A stretch of 64,000 nucleotides of DNA. Origin: Mytilus edulis (Eukaryota). The stretch is taken from the NCBI RefSeq assembly GCF_963676685.1, contig NC_092350.1:20274001-20338000 (forward strand), read 5' to 3'. Shown one piece after another: positions 14,101 to 27,556 of the stretch (position 1 is the first letter of the stretch; each line of letters starts with the position of its first letter). Both the position numbers and the translations under genes were made by a program. The notes beneath the pieces are model-generated. The model saw only the letters and a list, made by a program, of their open reading frames with translations. It was not told where the DNA came from and made no database searches.

Positions 14101-15941
14101 AATTATGCCAAGTAATAGTCACTAATTTCTAATATGTACTACAGAATGTGATTTCTTAATTTTATTTCAGTGGGATATAAGATACTGTCAAGGTCATATG
14201 TTGGCACTGGAATGACAAAAGTTAATGCAACACTTTACAAGTATATGGATATAACAGGAACGAGGTTTTTCTTTAAAGTTGTTGACGATGGCTGTATTCC
14301 TTTGATGACAGATACAGAAAGTCCAAACTGGATCGGAGGTAGAGAATTTACATTATTTTAAAATTCTGTTTACATTTCGAAAATCAGTTTAAAAAACGAG
14401 TGAATGTTTTGTTGACGATACAAGTGTGTGTATCAATAAAATTGGGAATGTGTCAAAGAGACAACAACCCGATCAAAGCGCAGACAACAGCCGATGGCCA
14501 CCAATGGGTCTTCAATGCAGCGGGAAACTCCCGCACCTGGAGGCATGGTGCAGCTGGTCCGAAACTCCGAAACTATTTGCAGAGTAGAATATTCCGTAAT
14601 TTATTTTTAGCAAAATAACTATATCTGTTGATTAATGTTAAAGAAAAGTCTGGCAATTGCTAAAACAAATGCATTTGGTAATACAGATCAAAATCTGCTT
14701 TCACAGTACGCGATTGAGAAATTTGTTGTGCTGAAATGGCATATGAGACAGAGCCAAGACTGATGTACACCATAGCCACAACAACTGTTTTAATAGCAAT
14801 CAGAAACATAGATCGTATCGTACGTAGAGACATACTGTTATAGGATAGACTTAAATTCTTATTAGGAAAATTCAATGAAAATCAGTGATCAGTTTTACAA
14901 AAAATCTAAAATTCATCATAAGTTACGAATACTAGAGTACATTCATAATCAACTGAAGTCTTAAGATGTTTTTGTGAAACTGAACTCTGTAACTTAGATT
15001 TAAAAGTTTTATGAAAGTCACATGGTATCATATCACTAAGTATTTTTACAGAGGGAAGTAAGAAGACAACAGTAACTTACATGGGAATCACAAAAGGAAT
15101 ACACGACCCAACCGTATTCAACGTACCAACTATTTGTGTAAGTATTGCAGTTATGATAAAATGATCAACCAAAACACTAAATCGATAAGTTTTGGCACAT
15201 TTTATAAATATTGAATTTTCGTTATATACCTCGATGCTGAACAGCATATTTTTTTTTTGCATACATTTTGATAGGTGTTTTTTTATACAAGACATTGGCC
15301 ACATTCAAAGTAATCCATTTGTACATATTGCTTTCATACAAAGCATCTGTCTTGCATTTCGCCTATGTGATGTAACAAAATGTTTCCATTAGAATATGCA
15401 TGTAACATATAAACACCAAGCTTTGTATTATACGTTGTATTATACAAGCACAAAACAGAAGTAATGTTAGTTTACTTTAAATCGTAAAGTTTAGTTTGTA
15501 GATGAGTATGTATGACAAAATTCAAGTTGAAGGTGAAATTGTAAACGTATATGAATGGTCCTATGTTTTATGATATCATTTGCGAATATCTAAATGCAAG
15601 GGAAAAGTAAAATCACAAAAATACTGAACTCCGAGGAAAATTCAAAACGGAAAGTCCCTTATTAAATGACAACATCCAATGATAAAACACATCAAAGGAA
15701 TGGACAACAACTGTCATATTGCTGAATTGGTACAGGCATTTTCAAATGTAGAACACTGTTGTAAATGCCAGCTTTTGCAACCATGAACTACTTTCCGAAA
15801 GTGACGAATTTGTTGATCAGTCTTGATGTTGAATGCCAAAGAAGATTTCTTTTTAGTTTATTTTTGAAATGTTGCATACAATATTCCTTTATTCGAACAT
15901 TCTATTAACAGTTTAATTTTGTTTTATTTCAGATGAAATGA
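11166..15941 (+). CDS. Ependymin-related secreted protein (EPDR family), about 194 aa
   Basis: Phase-consistent exons 11166-11297, 12380-12490, 13114-13192, 14171-14338, 15052-15137, plus a probable last exon 15933-15941 (MK*); alternatively read-through to TGA at 15162-15164. Signal peptide, then CCFPKQWEG, SVDYSKG, IVLQDFNK, ACIP, GCIP and the C-terminal GITKGIHDPTVFNVPTIC typical of ependymins. AATAAA near 16055. Confidence 0.85.
11590..11760 (+). repeat. Interspersed repeat (aaaattgagaat.gaaatggg...tgtgtcaaaga.ac family)
   Basis: Related copies at 14435-14560 and 28555-28640. Confidence 0.65.
15600..15760 (+). repeat. Interspersed repeat, with an inverted copy at 26770-26910
   Basis: aaatactgaactccgaggaaaattcaaaacggaaagtccct...tggtacaggcattttcaaatgtaga appears reverse-complemented at 26770-26910. 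Confidence 0.7.
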
Positions 15942-17439
15942 AAAACAAAGTTGGCTCTGTATAGGATCGATTTTTGTGGAATAATATAATGTAAAACTTT
16001 TCATTAAAAAGACAACATTAGATCGTGTAAACTTTTGAACACACAATCTCGTATAAATAAAACACTTTGTTGTAAAAGGCGATGCATGATAATCATTACA
16101 TAACATTAACACGTAGAAAAGTTATAGTATTTTAAGAGTACGCAAATGCACGTTTGCAAAACGACAAAATGCAGCTAGACCAACGGCGTTCAGTTGTTTG
16201 CGTATCATAAAGGTAGTGCGCAAAACACGACATACAATACAGCAACACGATATACTATATTCGCGTATGTTAAAGCAAAACGTTTCAACTTACACAACAA
16301 TGTGGTTATTGTTCTAATGGAATTCTTTGCAACAATAATCTATTATTGTGCAATCACATTGATTCTAATATGTTTTACAGCTCACATACGTATATATTTC
16401 GACAATTAACGTCTTGTGATGCTCGAAGCCAAAATGTATTAAAATCCAAAATAAGAATATCAGTTTCGTTGAAACAAGACAAAAAAAAAGAACCAGAAAA
16501 CCAAGTAGTTCTTGTTCCAAATGTGACGCACGTTATATTGCTCAAGCAAGAAAAAAACTGGTTACGCTTTAACCTTTCCGTAATGTTAAATTCGAGAAAA
16601 AGAGAACAGGGTTCAAACTTTTAAACATTATAAAACTACAAAATTAACTATTCAAAGATAAAATATTAAGATAATGTCCACACAAGGTTCATATGTGATG
16701 CTCAAAAAGGCCAAAGAAAGTACTAAGTTAAAGACCTAAACATCCGAATGGTTTTGTCAATTACAGCAAATCCAAATTTTCTTTAAATGAACAAATGATA
16801 TATTTTATAGTCTCATTTTTCAAACCTTGAACGAAGCAATGAAGTCTTATACATAACTTTGCGAAAATTCGGAGATCCAACACCATTGCTTCGGACATTT
16901 ACTATTGTGTGACATTTATGTGATTCTAAATACATACATCATTTCTGACAACTAGGTACAAACGTTCTTAGGCGGTTAAAATTTGGAATGTACTAAGGTG
17001 GATGATAGTTGCATGTTGTATGATAAAAATTAAAACCATAACCTAAAACTTCCGGTCGCAATAGTTGCATATTTCAATATTGATCTAGACGGAATATTTC
17101 TGATGTAAATAAATAACCAAAGATGGCAGAAAACCCCTTTCCCACCTGACGGACAAGACATCGTGGCAATTGTGAAACTTAAAAAGAGGCTATAATACTA
17201 TGGGGACAATCAAAACTAAGAAACGAAATACAATGAAAAGATGAGTCCGCAAAACATAACATAAAATCTAAAGATTGAGCAACAACTACGACAATTAGCG
17301 ACTTAATTGCCATGCTTCAAGTTTGAAAAATTCTAAATATAGGTACTGTACCAGTAAGGTGTGTGGCATCCATAACTTAATGTGTTAAAAGACTCTTATG
17401 CTATCTCAACAAACAATCTGCCTTTCAACTGTGTTCCGA

Positions 17440-17900
17440 GTGTTCTTTTATTCTAATGATGCAGCTTTCATACAGAAGCATCTCAGGACAAACGGAGAAA
17501 AAAACTATGTATCCTTTAAGTTAACTTTTCGGTATAAAGATAATGTCCTTTCATGGTTATAGATTATACACATTTGGTGAAAATGTTGACTACATCTATC
17601 CAGGCTGAACAAGAATAAGAGGCAAAGCAAACTAAAGATACAATTTCGTCTGTCTCGTATCTCGACTCATATCTGGAAACTGAAAATGCAGGTCGGCTCA
17701 GAATCATAGTTCAACGCCAAATAAGACAATTTTAGTATTCCCCATGTAAATTTTCCTTTTACGTCAGTATAGCAACAGCGCACCAGAGCCTGTATTTTGA
17801 ATATACACATTCCATGGTACGTTTTTTTTCAGGGCTTGCTTTTTTTTTTATCACGCATTCTTTAATGGAGATAAACTGCTTACAAGGAAGCTATAACACC
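17440..17900 (+). pseudogene. Heavily degraded Penelope-like reverse transcriptase remnant
   Basis: Residual motifs LTFRYKDNVLS, SYLDSYLE and VNFP are collinear with FTFRYIDDVLS, SFLDLYLE and INFP of the RT at 61088-61840; many stops and frameshifts. Confidence 0.65.
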
Positions 17901-19953
17901 AAAACTAGCATATGTTATTGAATATCGGTGTCACATATTACCGATACCCAGCAAACATTGTGGTGTTTCAATTACATAGTGCCTCGTTATCGCATGTTAT
18001 ATATTGTTTACTAAAAGGAATGGTTTGACAGTCAAGCAAATTAATTTTCGGAAGTCAGCTTAACTAAGATTAATTATTTTGAATGAATTTCGATCGCCAC
18101 AGACCAAAGCTAGATACTTGGACAATTTCAAATTTCGCTGGTAGATATCTTCCATTAATTCAAACATCATATAGTATAGTACCAGTCCTGGTTTATATGA
18201 TGAGTTTATATCCATATTCGTTTTCGATTGTGATATTACAGAATGAAACGTATTTGCACGAGCTACACGGCGGTTCTAAGTTTGGATCAGCAACTGCTAA
18301 CACTTCCGGAACATATGAGTTCTTAGGGTTCGTGTTGCTAATCTTCATTGTATACATGTGTAATGTTTTGTCATTGTTGTTTTCGTTATTCTTCGTTTGA
18401 CCTTTGTGTTGTTTGTATTGATTAGACTTATGAACTTTGATTACCTCTCTTTTTGTCGGATATCTTATATTTACTACTAACTTCCGACAAGTTACAACCG
18501 AAATTTTAAAACTTTACATGTTCTTTTGTAGTAGCAAAGAAATATGATAACGTTTAAATCATGTCTTTCAGAATTTAAGAAAAAACGTGTAATCTTTCAC
18601 AACCGAAACTATATTAGAATATTTCTTTCCAATGGTATTAAATTGTATCAATTTCGTCCATTTTACCGAGAATACAGAAGATTTAAAGTTAAAGGAAAAA
18701 GTAGTAAGTGTCCATTTTATTTTAAACCATCCAATCCAATTTAGCTTCATCTATATAGAAGGCAACAGACTTTGAACATTTTTGGCTGAAATTGTGTCAA
18801 TATTTGGTTAAGAAAACAGAATGAATAACATCGATAAATATATCTTATTTGACCCAAACAGTGGGGAACTTATGTTGCTTGTATAATTAATCAAGCATTC
18901 ATCAACTTTTAAACTGATGACATAACCGAAACATTTGTAGAGAGGTATTATACTAATAGATTATTTAACCTCTTTCCACTTTTACCTTTTCTTCATTGTT
19001 AATGAGTTTTTATATTTTTGTTTTATGTCTATTTCTCGGATACAATATGAAATAAGTCAGTCTTTTTAGTGAATAATAGGACTTAAAGTGTTCTCTTCCG
19101 TGAGGGATGCATTGGTCACCCCAGTTCACACTTGATACAAAAATTATCCCGGTTTGTGATTTTCAAAAATAGAAATGTTTATAGCGCAAAATTTATAACC
19201 CGTATCTGTCCACTGTAAATATTTAGATGCATTATTTTTAAGTCTGATTTTTTACTGCACTCCTGTGTGCTTTGGAGGTGTTCGATCACCATCATGCAAC
19301 CATGCACTTCGCTTGTTTGCAAATATTAAACGTCACTTGATCCAAATCGCACCCATTGTTCGCCAAAAAAAAAAAAAGCGACGTAAATCATATAGGGTTC
19401 ATAATTTGTCTTTATGCAGGCTTTTCAACTGGATAAATATACTTTAATATATCCATTTTGCTGCCGCTAATTTTATATGAGTAATATTATTCGTGACCCA
19501 GTGAATACGGTTACTGAACGTTTGTAAAAAATCTAAGTAACCTCATTAGATATATATTAGTTACGTCACATTGAAGACTTATTTTTAAAAGCAAACGTCA
19601 TATAGCAACAACCTCATATTAACTTCACTTTGGGTTCACATTGTGAATGGGGTATAAGAGTCTCGGAAAGGGCGAGTAGAACCCGATACATGATACATAA
19701 TATATATATTTTAAATTACTAGTATGTGAATATGCAATTACAATGAAAAATGGAGAAATTATATTAAAAAAAAATGTGTAGTGTACTTAAAAGTTAGAAG
19801 TAGTAGCAGAAAATATAAAATTCAGACTACCTAAAACAATAAAACATGCATTGTTCTGTGCAAGATTTCACATAAATTTTTTGGATATTAAAAGGGTTGT
19901 AGAAAACATGACATTAAAATTGTATGTAACGTTTGAAATATTAATAAACGTTA

Positions 19954-22107
19954 CTAAAATTCAATATTTAAGAAATCAGATACTAAGCTTAAACCTTTTT
20001 TCAAAACAGGCGGCACCGAACCACCCTCAACTAAAGGCTGCAGAATGTCAATCGCCGTATTTTTTGCAATACGTTTACCAGGATTAAAATGTTTAACAAA
20101 CAAATCCTTGTATATAAGAGGAAGTTTGAAGTAGAAGCGATAAAAATCCATTAATATGAAAACAGGTATTGTCTCATCAGCTTCTCGAATTGCTAGACAT
20201 AAATTAAGGATCGAATCCAGGTAATCCACCGAAGTTGTACTTTGTAGATTAAAGTCTTTCAGTAAACGAAGAGCCTTCCATTTTTCAAGGTTGTTTCCTA
20301 GATAATGATGGCAGAGAAATTGTAAATAATACATTCGTATCTGCGGATGAATAATTAGCACGTCCTCCTCAACATTTGGAGTTTGAGAATCTTCTTGATA
20401 AAACATTATATGTGGCTTTCCTTTTGGGGTAAGATAAAATAAATCCGAACACGAATGCTTAAATCGCTGCACAAAATGAAATCCAATTTTTTCCAACATT
20501 TTACTAATGGAGGGAGGCTTCAAACCAGGAGTTATTATCTGAGGTTTGGTCGAACTTTTATATTGACATAGTTGAATAATCTCAACAGCTTTTCTATGTT
20601 GTTTGCGTTGAAAAAAGAATTCGGCCAGTAGAAGCCAACCGGTATATGAATCAGAAAACGTACCTAGTATGGTATACCAAATGCATTTTTTGTAGTCTGG
20701 ATAGAATGTTTTATTACATTTTCGATTTTTTAACTTTGTGATATATCTATCATGGCATATCATAAATGGATAATGCTTCGCCAACGATCCGCACAGTTTT
20801 GAAAACCAAATGAAGCATATGTGCTTTAAAAGCTTACATTTTCTAGGAGACATTATAAAATAAATCGGCTGATATATGGTATTACTACCTCCATATCCTA
20901 TCCCATGCATATAATGTAAAAGCGGATAGATGATTAAGTCTATGTTACAATAGTTTAATTTGAACATTTTAGAAGTTAAAGGTGCTTCAATATGGTCAAA
21001 CAAATGTGAAAGAGTTTGTATTTGTTTTAAGGAACCATTTCCATTAGTTAAAAAATTACGTAAAAGTGATAGTAAAAACTTCTTTTTAGGTACATCAATT
21101 TTACCTTCTATCAAATTGTTGTTTGGTATAAAATAGTTCGGAAGGATATTGTACTGTATAAAAAATACTAGTCTTTTAATGCATGCTTGAAAGCATTCAA
21201 ACAATTTGGAAGGTTGCCATTCAGAAATCTGAGATTCTTCAATCATCCAGAATAATACTGTTTTCATAAAGTATGAACACAAGGAATCTTTTAATTTTTC
21301 GTGAACTACTAATACTTCTTTTAATGTATATTTTAGTAATGCATAACACATAATTTGTGTATGATTGAATGTATGAACAAGTTTTTTTTCCGCAATTGAG
21401 AAAGACATTCTCCATTCGTAAGGATTGTCCTTCTTGTTATTAAATTTACTTCCGATAGGAGCAAGTAATACATTATCTCGTACTATATCTTCAATCAGTT
21501 CTGTTGGGGGCCATTCATAATTGCGGGGTCTTGTTATCCACTCTACAGCTATTGTCGGCCACGAATGACATTTGTAAGTAGACAAGAAATCAAACGATCC
21601 ACGAATGGTAGAAGAACAAGGTCCATGTATCTCTGAAAAACTGTCCAATATTTTGCTCCGAGCTTTTGAAATATTCATGTCTTGTATTAAGTTTTTGTAG
21701 TGTTCATTTGATAATAAAATGTGGTTTCCAGAGTACACATGATTTTGTTTTTTACAATTTCTTTTTTTCAGATGTAGCTCAATATGCACATACCCCGGTG
21801 GTGTATTTTCGAAATTTAAAAAGAGTCCATATGGCAAGTCACTCGGTATTTCAGATTGTGTAGTGTATACTGTGTCGACCTGGTTGATATACATGATATC
21901 CAAGTCGCTCCCTGGTAAGTCTAAGCCTTCTGATTTACTTCCACTTGTCACTACTCGCCACTTAGGACTGTACTGTAAAGCATGATCTAGCACTTTAAAG
22001 AAAATTCGTCGTGCTCGGACGTCTTTTTCAGAGCCAACAATTTTGCAGAGAAAATCAAAAAGTTCTAGTGAGAAATTTGACTTCAGCGGCGCGGCTGGAA
22101 ATTCCAT
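19954..22107 (-). CDS. Mab-21 / cGAS-like receptor (cGLR) nucleotidyltransferase with a C-terminal helical (TPR-like) region, 717 aa
   Basis: Uninterrupted ORF. NTase signature SGSKSEGLDLPGSDLDIM, third acidic candidate in HGPC...GSFDF, Mab-21 motifs WP...EW..R.R...WP, EWRMSFSIAEKKLV, CSYFMKTVLFW and PNYFIPNNNL. A polypyrimidine-AG acceptor 2 nt before the ATG implies a 5'UTR intron. Confidence 0.92.
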   Translation of the reverse strand: MEFPAAPLKSNFSLELFDFLCKIVGSEKDVRARRIFFKVLDHALQYSPKWRVVTSGSKSEGLDLPGSDLDIMYINQVDTVYTTQSEIPSDLPYGLFLNFENTPPGYVHIELHLKKRNCKKQNHVYSGNHILLSNEHYKNLIQDMNISKARSKILDSFSEIHGPCSSTIRGSFDFLSTYKCHSWPTIAVEWITRPRNYEWPPTELIEDIVRDNVLLAPIGSKFNNKKDNPYEWRMSFSIAEKKLVHTFNHTQIMCYALLKYTLKEVLVVHEKLKDSLCSYFMKTVLFWMIEESQISEWQPSKLFECFQACIKRLVFFIQYNILPNYFIPNNNLIEGKIDVPKKKFLLSLLRNFLTNGNGSLKQIQTLSHLFDHIEAPLTSKMFKLNYCNIDLIIYPLLHYMHGIGYGGSNTIYQPIYFIMSPRKCKLLKHICFIWFSKLCGSLAKHYPFMICHDRYITKLKNRKCNKTFYPDYKKCIWYTILGTFSDSYTGWLLLAEFFFQRKQHRKAVEIIQLCQYKSSTKPQIITPGLKPPSISKMLEKIGFHFVQRFKHSCSDLFYLTPKGKPHIMFYQEDSQTPNVEEDVLIIHPQIRMYYLQFLCHHYLGNNLEKWKALRLLKDFNLQSTTSVDYLDSILNLCLAIREADETIPVFILMDFYRFYFKLPLIYKDLFVKHFNPGKRIAKNTAIDILQPLVEGGSVPPVLKKGLSLVSDFLNIEF

Positions 22108-23809
22108 TGCTAAAAAAGAGTCATTGCATGATCACTGAATAATCAAAACAAAACATAAAATATGCTTTGGAACAGTCATGAAATTGAGAATAAGTATGTT
22201 TAGACTTCTCAGTTAATGTATCATACATCATATATTATAAAGAATAAAAGAAAACATAACACATGTAAAAAATGTAGATACAAGGCAAGGATCATCAATC
22301 GTGCATCTAGAAACATAAGAACATCGCTACAATATAAACCAATAACCAACGAAATCATAGAAAAACGAAACAGTAATTATAAGCCACCTGGACCGAAAAA
22401 GTCTACATGTTTAGGAATATAAGGTATCTTCTGAAATTGATGAAAATTTACAGAAGTAGAACAAAAAATCTGAGAATGAAGATGTAGGAATATATTCCTA
22501 GCCCTAGATGTTCAAAGGGAGATAACCGATGTTACTTAATTGGAATTGTTTTAAACGGCTTTGTTGGTATAGATGAAACTTTACAAAGGTATAATGTACA
22601 CAGTGAAAGATTGTTTAATATATTTTGTAGACATAATACAAATTGTGATACCCTTTTGTGAGTTTACTTACAGTTCTTGTTGCTTCGAGTGTCACTGATA
22701 TAATAATTTTTAAAATGCGTATCAGATGTATAAAAATTAGTTTGTTGAGTTTGAGATATAAGCACCAACCTACCACATACACTGATATCTTTAAATCTGT
22801 AAAGCTAGATTCATAGGATATTGCATACAAAGTTTTTTAAATTAATTTACTAATGCATGTGGCATGTCTCCAGATGATTATGTTCTTATTTTCTGTCCTT
22901 GTTGGTTACTTTCTATATTTCTCTTTAGATTTACCATATATAATAAAATGTTATAGTAATAAGGAAAATGAAATTCTCTGCGCAAAAACGATTTAACAAA
23001 ATATACAATGAAATAGTCACTTACTTCAATAACTGTATGCATGCAACTTTACATGTTGACTGTAGAAATTGAAATGTTTTGTACTTATATATACCCATGC
23101 ACATTCAGTGTTGTTCATAAATTATGTGCATAAAGCTTTTTATTATTGTTAGACTTTTAGATATTCATATTAGTCATAGTCTATAAGATATTATTTCATT
23201 TACAAGGAAATTATCTTATCAATTGTGTCTTGTTTTTGTTTTTTTAATTCTTCCTTAAAATGAAAAGCCTATGTAAACGCATCGGTGGTCTCGTGGTATC
23301 TTGTGTGTCTGTGTGTGTGGAGGGGGGTATCAAGAGTAGCTGTTTCGGTTCTTATACATCATTGGCTTTCAAATATTCTGCTTTTGATTAAATTAATTGA
23401 CATTAAATTCAAACATTTATGACGTGTTTTATTTATTTTTAAGGTTTGTATGTGCATGTTTTGTCAGGAAAGATTGTTAAAATTGTAAAAGATCAATCTT
23501 ACTGTAGGTCACTATTCGAACCAAGTGTTTTTGTACGCTTCTAGTTACTTTACTGTATGTAGGTAATAAAGCACAACTTCAATTTTAAGAAAGATTTTAA
23601 AGATATTGCATTAGTATATATTAAACTGCATTCTTGTGTGGGTACACAGCGCTATGTGGAGGCTTCGCCTGAATGAAATTTCAGTTTATCATATAATGAT
23701 GCTGCTATCATTATTGTTTCTGTGTAAAATTGGATATCTGACAAAATCGTTTTTTAATGTGCATCTCAGTGAGCATTTCTTTAAATTTGTAGTGGATAAT
23801 TCTATTTTA

Positions 23810-24032
23810 ACACTTCGGTGTTGACATGAATATCAATTATATGGTCATTTTTATATATATTTTCTGTTTTCAAAACTTAAATTTTCGAAAAACTATGGAT
23901 TTTTGTATCACAGGCAAAGATAACCTTAGCCGTATTTGACAAAAGTTTTTGGAATTTTGGTTCCGCAATGCTCTTCAACTTTGTACTTGTCTGGCATATT
24001 AAATTATAATCCTGGTTCCTTTGATAACTGTT
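23810..24032 (+). repeat. Copy of the hammerhead-bearing repeat with the ribozyme segment deleted
   Basis: Collinear with 37125-37410 but jumps from ...tacttgt (23990) directly to ctggc, skipping the CTGATGA...GAAA core. Confidence 0.8.
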
Positions 24033-25499
24033 ACTATAATTTGAATAAAAAACATGTATTTAAAAAAACTAATTAATCACGAGCCGGACAGAAATATAAA
24101 CACAATAAATGAAATACATCTAGAACGCACTAAACTTGCAAGGATCGGTTCTATTGTTGGAGGTTAAGTTAAAATACATTTTGAGTGGGATTTTGACTTG
24201 AACATAGTTTTATTTCCGTGTCTCACGGTAACATCTTTCTTGTCACGTTTCTTTGGAAAACATTAAGGTGCGTCAATTTAAATAAAACAAAAGGTACGGA
24301 CGAAACAGTATCCCGTTTTAAATCTTGATTTAAAGATTCAATGTAATTATACTTTATATTTAGGGAAGTAGATAGTTTAACTTTTTTTTAAAGTATGAAA
24401 TAATTCAATTTCGAAGTATCATAAGATACGTCATCTTTGTTATCATCTTTGTGCAATTCTAGGGAAAATAAGATTATTTTTTCATCTCATAAATATTTGC
24501 TATTTTAAAATCATTTTCGAATACTTTTTTGGGTTTGTGTCATATAACAAATAATAAAGTACTTTTTGTATTAATTTTTTTCTTCAGAAAAGCACTTCGG
24601 ATAAACGAAATGTTGTTTTCATTTTTTTCTGCACTGGGTCGTCGATATCGCTGCATGCTGTCTATCAGTCTACAGAGAATCATTCGCTCAGTAATCGGTA
24701 CTTCAGTATTGACATACTATATAACAAATTTGTCTGAAATTCTACTTTCATAAATTCATAAATGTATCAGAAACTAAGGTTTAAACTACCCTGGATTGCT
24801 TCGACTATTATTTTAGTTATTTTAGGTCATACAACTGTTTCTATTCTTACACATAATTGGCATTCAACTTATTTATTCTTTTTTTTTTCAAAAACTTCTT
24901 TCTAATATTTGATAGTTGTACATGTATAAAGCAATACGTTCTATAATAAAATACAATAGTTCAGTAGCAAAGCTTTACAACTGGCATAATGTAAACAATT
25001 TGCACCCAAGCTAGCATATTCCTGTGTCAATCTTGAGAGATATTTTTTATAGCAAGTTTCTTTTTCAGTTTGTCCGAGCTGTTTATAATTTGTCCCTCTT
25101 TTGTGAAATGTTAAGCGTACAACTCTAGAAGATATCGATTAAGCTGATAATATACCCGCTACAACAACATTTACCGACTACATGGTAGAGTTTTGGGTTA
25201 AAAGATACTGCTTTTGGTAGAGAGCTATAATTCCCGTTCGAATTGTTTAACTTATTGTAATGGTTGGAGCTTTTATAGATTACTATACGGTATTGAATAT
25301 GGTCATTGTTGAAAGCTACTCGAAACCAAACACATATTTTATTTTAAATTGAGACCTGGCTGGATTAATAAATAAAAGACACACAATACTTGCTAGACCG
25401 ATTAGGTATACACAGAAAAAAGTGAAACACAAATGAAGGGGGACTTAAAACCGTCAATGTCGCATGCATAACATAAGCAGTACCAGAGCTGCAAAATGA

Positions 25500-26700
25500 C
25501 TGTGTTGGATATAAAACTGGCACGTTATTTCAACCCAAAAGAACATTAAATGAAAAGAGATATCCTGAATATGAAATCAGCTTAGACGGAGCTTGTGAAA
25601 TAAGAAATGCTTTTTTTTTTTTATCTCAGCTGGCGACATCAATCTACCGGACTAGAATTGTTTTATCAAAGAAATGAAGCTGCATATGCAAAGTGTAGCA
25701 AATAAATAAAAATGTGTTGGCATATTAGGTAATGAAAGGGTGGCGCAACTTGTAAACAAATCCACTAGATGGCCTCATTCACTTGACCTTGTTGTAATAA
25801 ATTATCTACAAAGCTTCATGAAACTGAACCGGACAATCAGACAAAGACACCATTTTTGCAGAAGTAAATGTAAACTCCCAGAAATCTTTCAAATCCGTCA
25901 TTTATACCGTTACACAGGAAAGCAAATTATGAAAATAATAGTTTATATCTAAATAACTCTAAAAGAGATCACTTTGATAAATGAACAGAACTCGGGAGTA
26001 AATAGGTTGTGGTTACATTCCCAAAAACTAAACTTGGCGAAAACATGTCTAAAAAATACCAAAAAAGACTAGATCACAACTTGCATCAAACGTCTAATAA
26101 GAAATAATAATTTATGGTATAAGATAATTAAAAACTGGAAATTGAAAGTATAAACACAAATTACAGTATAGTATAACCATCAGACCTGAACAAACCTCGA
26201 GAAATCCAACCTGAATAAATCAATGCTGGACATTAACATATCACACAAGGTCAGATGAGAGTAAAATACCACCACTAAATTCCAATGGAACTTTACACTC
26301 AGAACCCACAGAAAAAGTAGATATACTATAAACAGAGTATCTCAGAAGTAATTTCAATCAAAACCAACTGTTCAAACACAGAATTCTAAAAGCGATGACG
26401 CCAGGTGGCACTCTATAATGACTCCCTGCGTTATCAGTTTAAATAAGGGTATCGTTTAAACCAATGATAATCATTATAAACTACTGACTTGTCTAAATCT
26501 CTTATTTTGTACGAAAACCTTTGTCCAAATGTAATGAAAGATTGCGGAAGATGGATCAAGAACTGTCTTTGGCCTGATAATACAATGCATGTTCAAACAA
26601 CAAAGTTAACATGGAAATGTTAAAATCGGATCAGACGTTGGTTTATTTCGATATCGTCGTAAATAAATTGTGAAGATACGTGTAAATAAGAAAACGACAT
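25500..26700 (+). mobile_element. Possible degraded L1/Tx1-like ORF2 3' remnant
   Basis: A-rich coding-like tract with broken reading frames and a YLR...FQ.K...HRIL-like segment near 26335-26390. Weak. Confidence 0.35.
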
Positions 26701-27556
26701 TTACCTATCATTAACATCAACACATCACAGTTATAAAAACGATATAAATTTTGTTTAGTGACTAAACTTTCTTTTCTACATTTGAAAATGCCTGTACCAA
26801 GTCAGGAATATGACAGTTGTTGTCCATTTGTTTGATGTGTTTTATCATTTGATTTTGCCAGTCGATTAGGGACTTTCCGTTTTGAATTTGTCTCAGAGTT
26901 CAGTATTTCTCACAAACAAACACAAACAAACACACATATTCATATCCGAGTATGTGTCGTGCTCTCCTGTTTGCCGTGTTCAACAGTTAAACCATTCATA
27001 CTTTATAGTCAGCAATAAAGGAACCCAGCATAAAAAAAAAAAAAAAACGATTTAAGGAAAACATCTTACAAAATATTTACATATGATAGACAAAAACCAT
27101 CTTTGTTTCAGGCACATAAAAAAATGTAGAGGGATTAATAACGTTTGGTAACGTTCAATCTGCCACCTTTTAAGCCTTTTTGATAATGGTTCAGTCCTTG
27201 GTTTGAACGTTTTTTTCTAGATGTTGAGAGCATTTCCTTATAGTATTTATACATTTTTTCTCCAGCTCACGTTAAACTTGTCAGGGTTGATAGTCAAATT
27301 AAATATTGGATTATGGTCTAGATCAAACAATTTTGAAAAATTCAACAGTTATGATTTTCAGTAATGTTCTATAAGATGAAGGTACATATAAAAAGTTTTA
27401 TATCAAAGGTTAATATGTTAGAGTGTGTTGGAGTTTTTTCTCTCCACTTTAACGCTTAGGTCATTTACAAATTAATTCTAGTCAAAACAAGTTTCATTGA
27501 TGGACAATTTTAAGAAGTATGCACACACATCTCTTTGCCCAAAGGATAAGTTATAA

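Noticed and set aside
22964-22973. ISRE-like GAAAATGAAA upstream of the cGLR ORF
   Set aside because: Expected by chance in such A-rich DNA; no supporting evidence.
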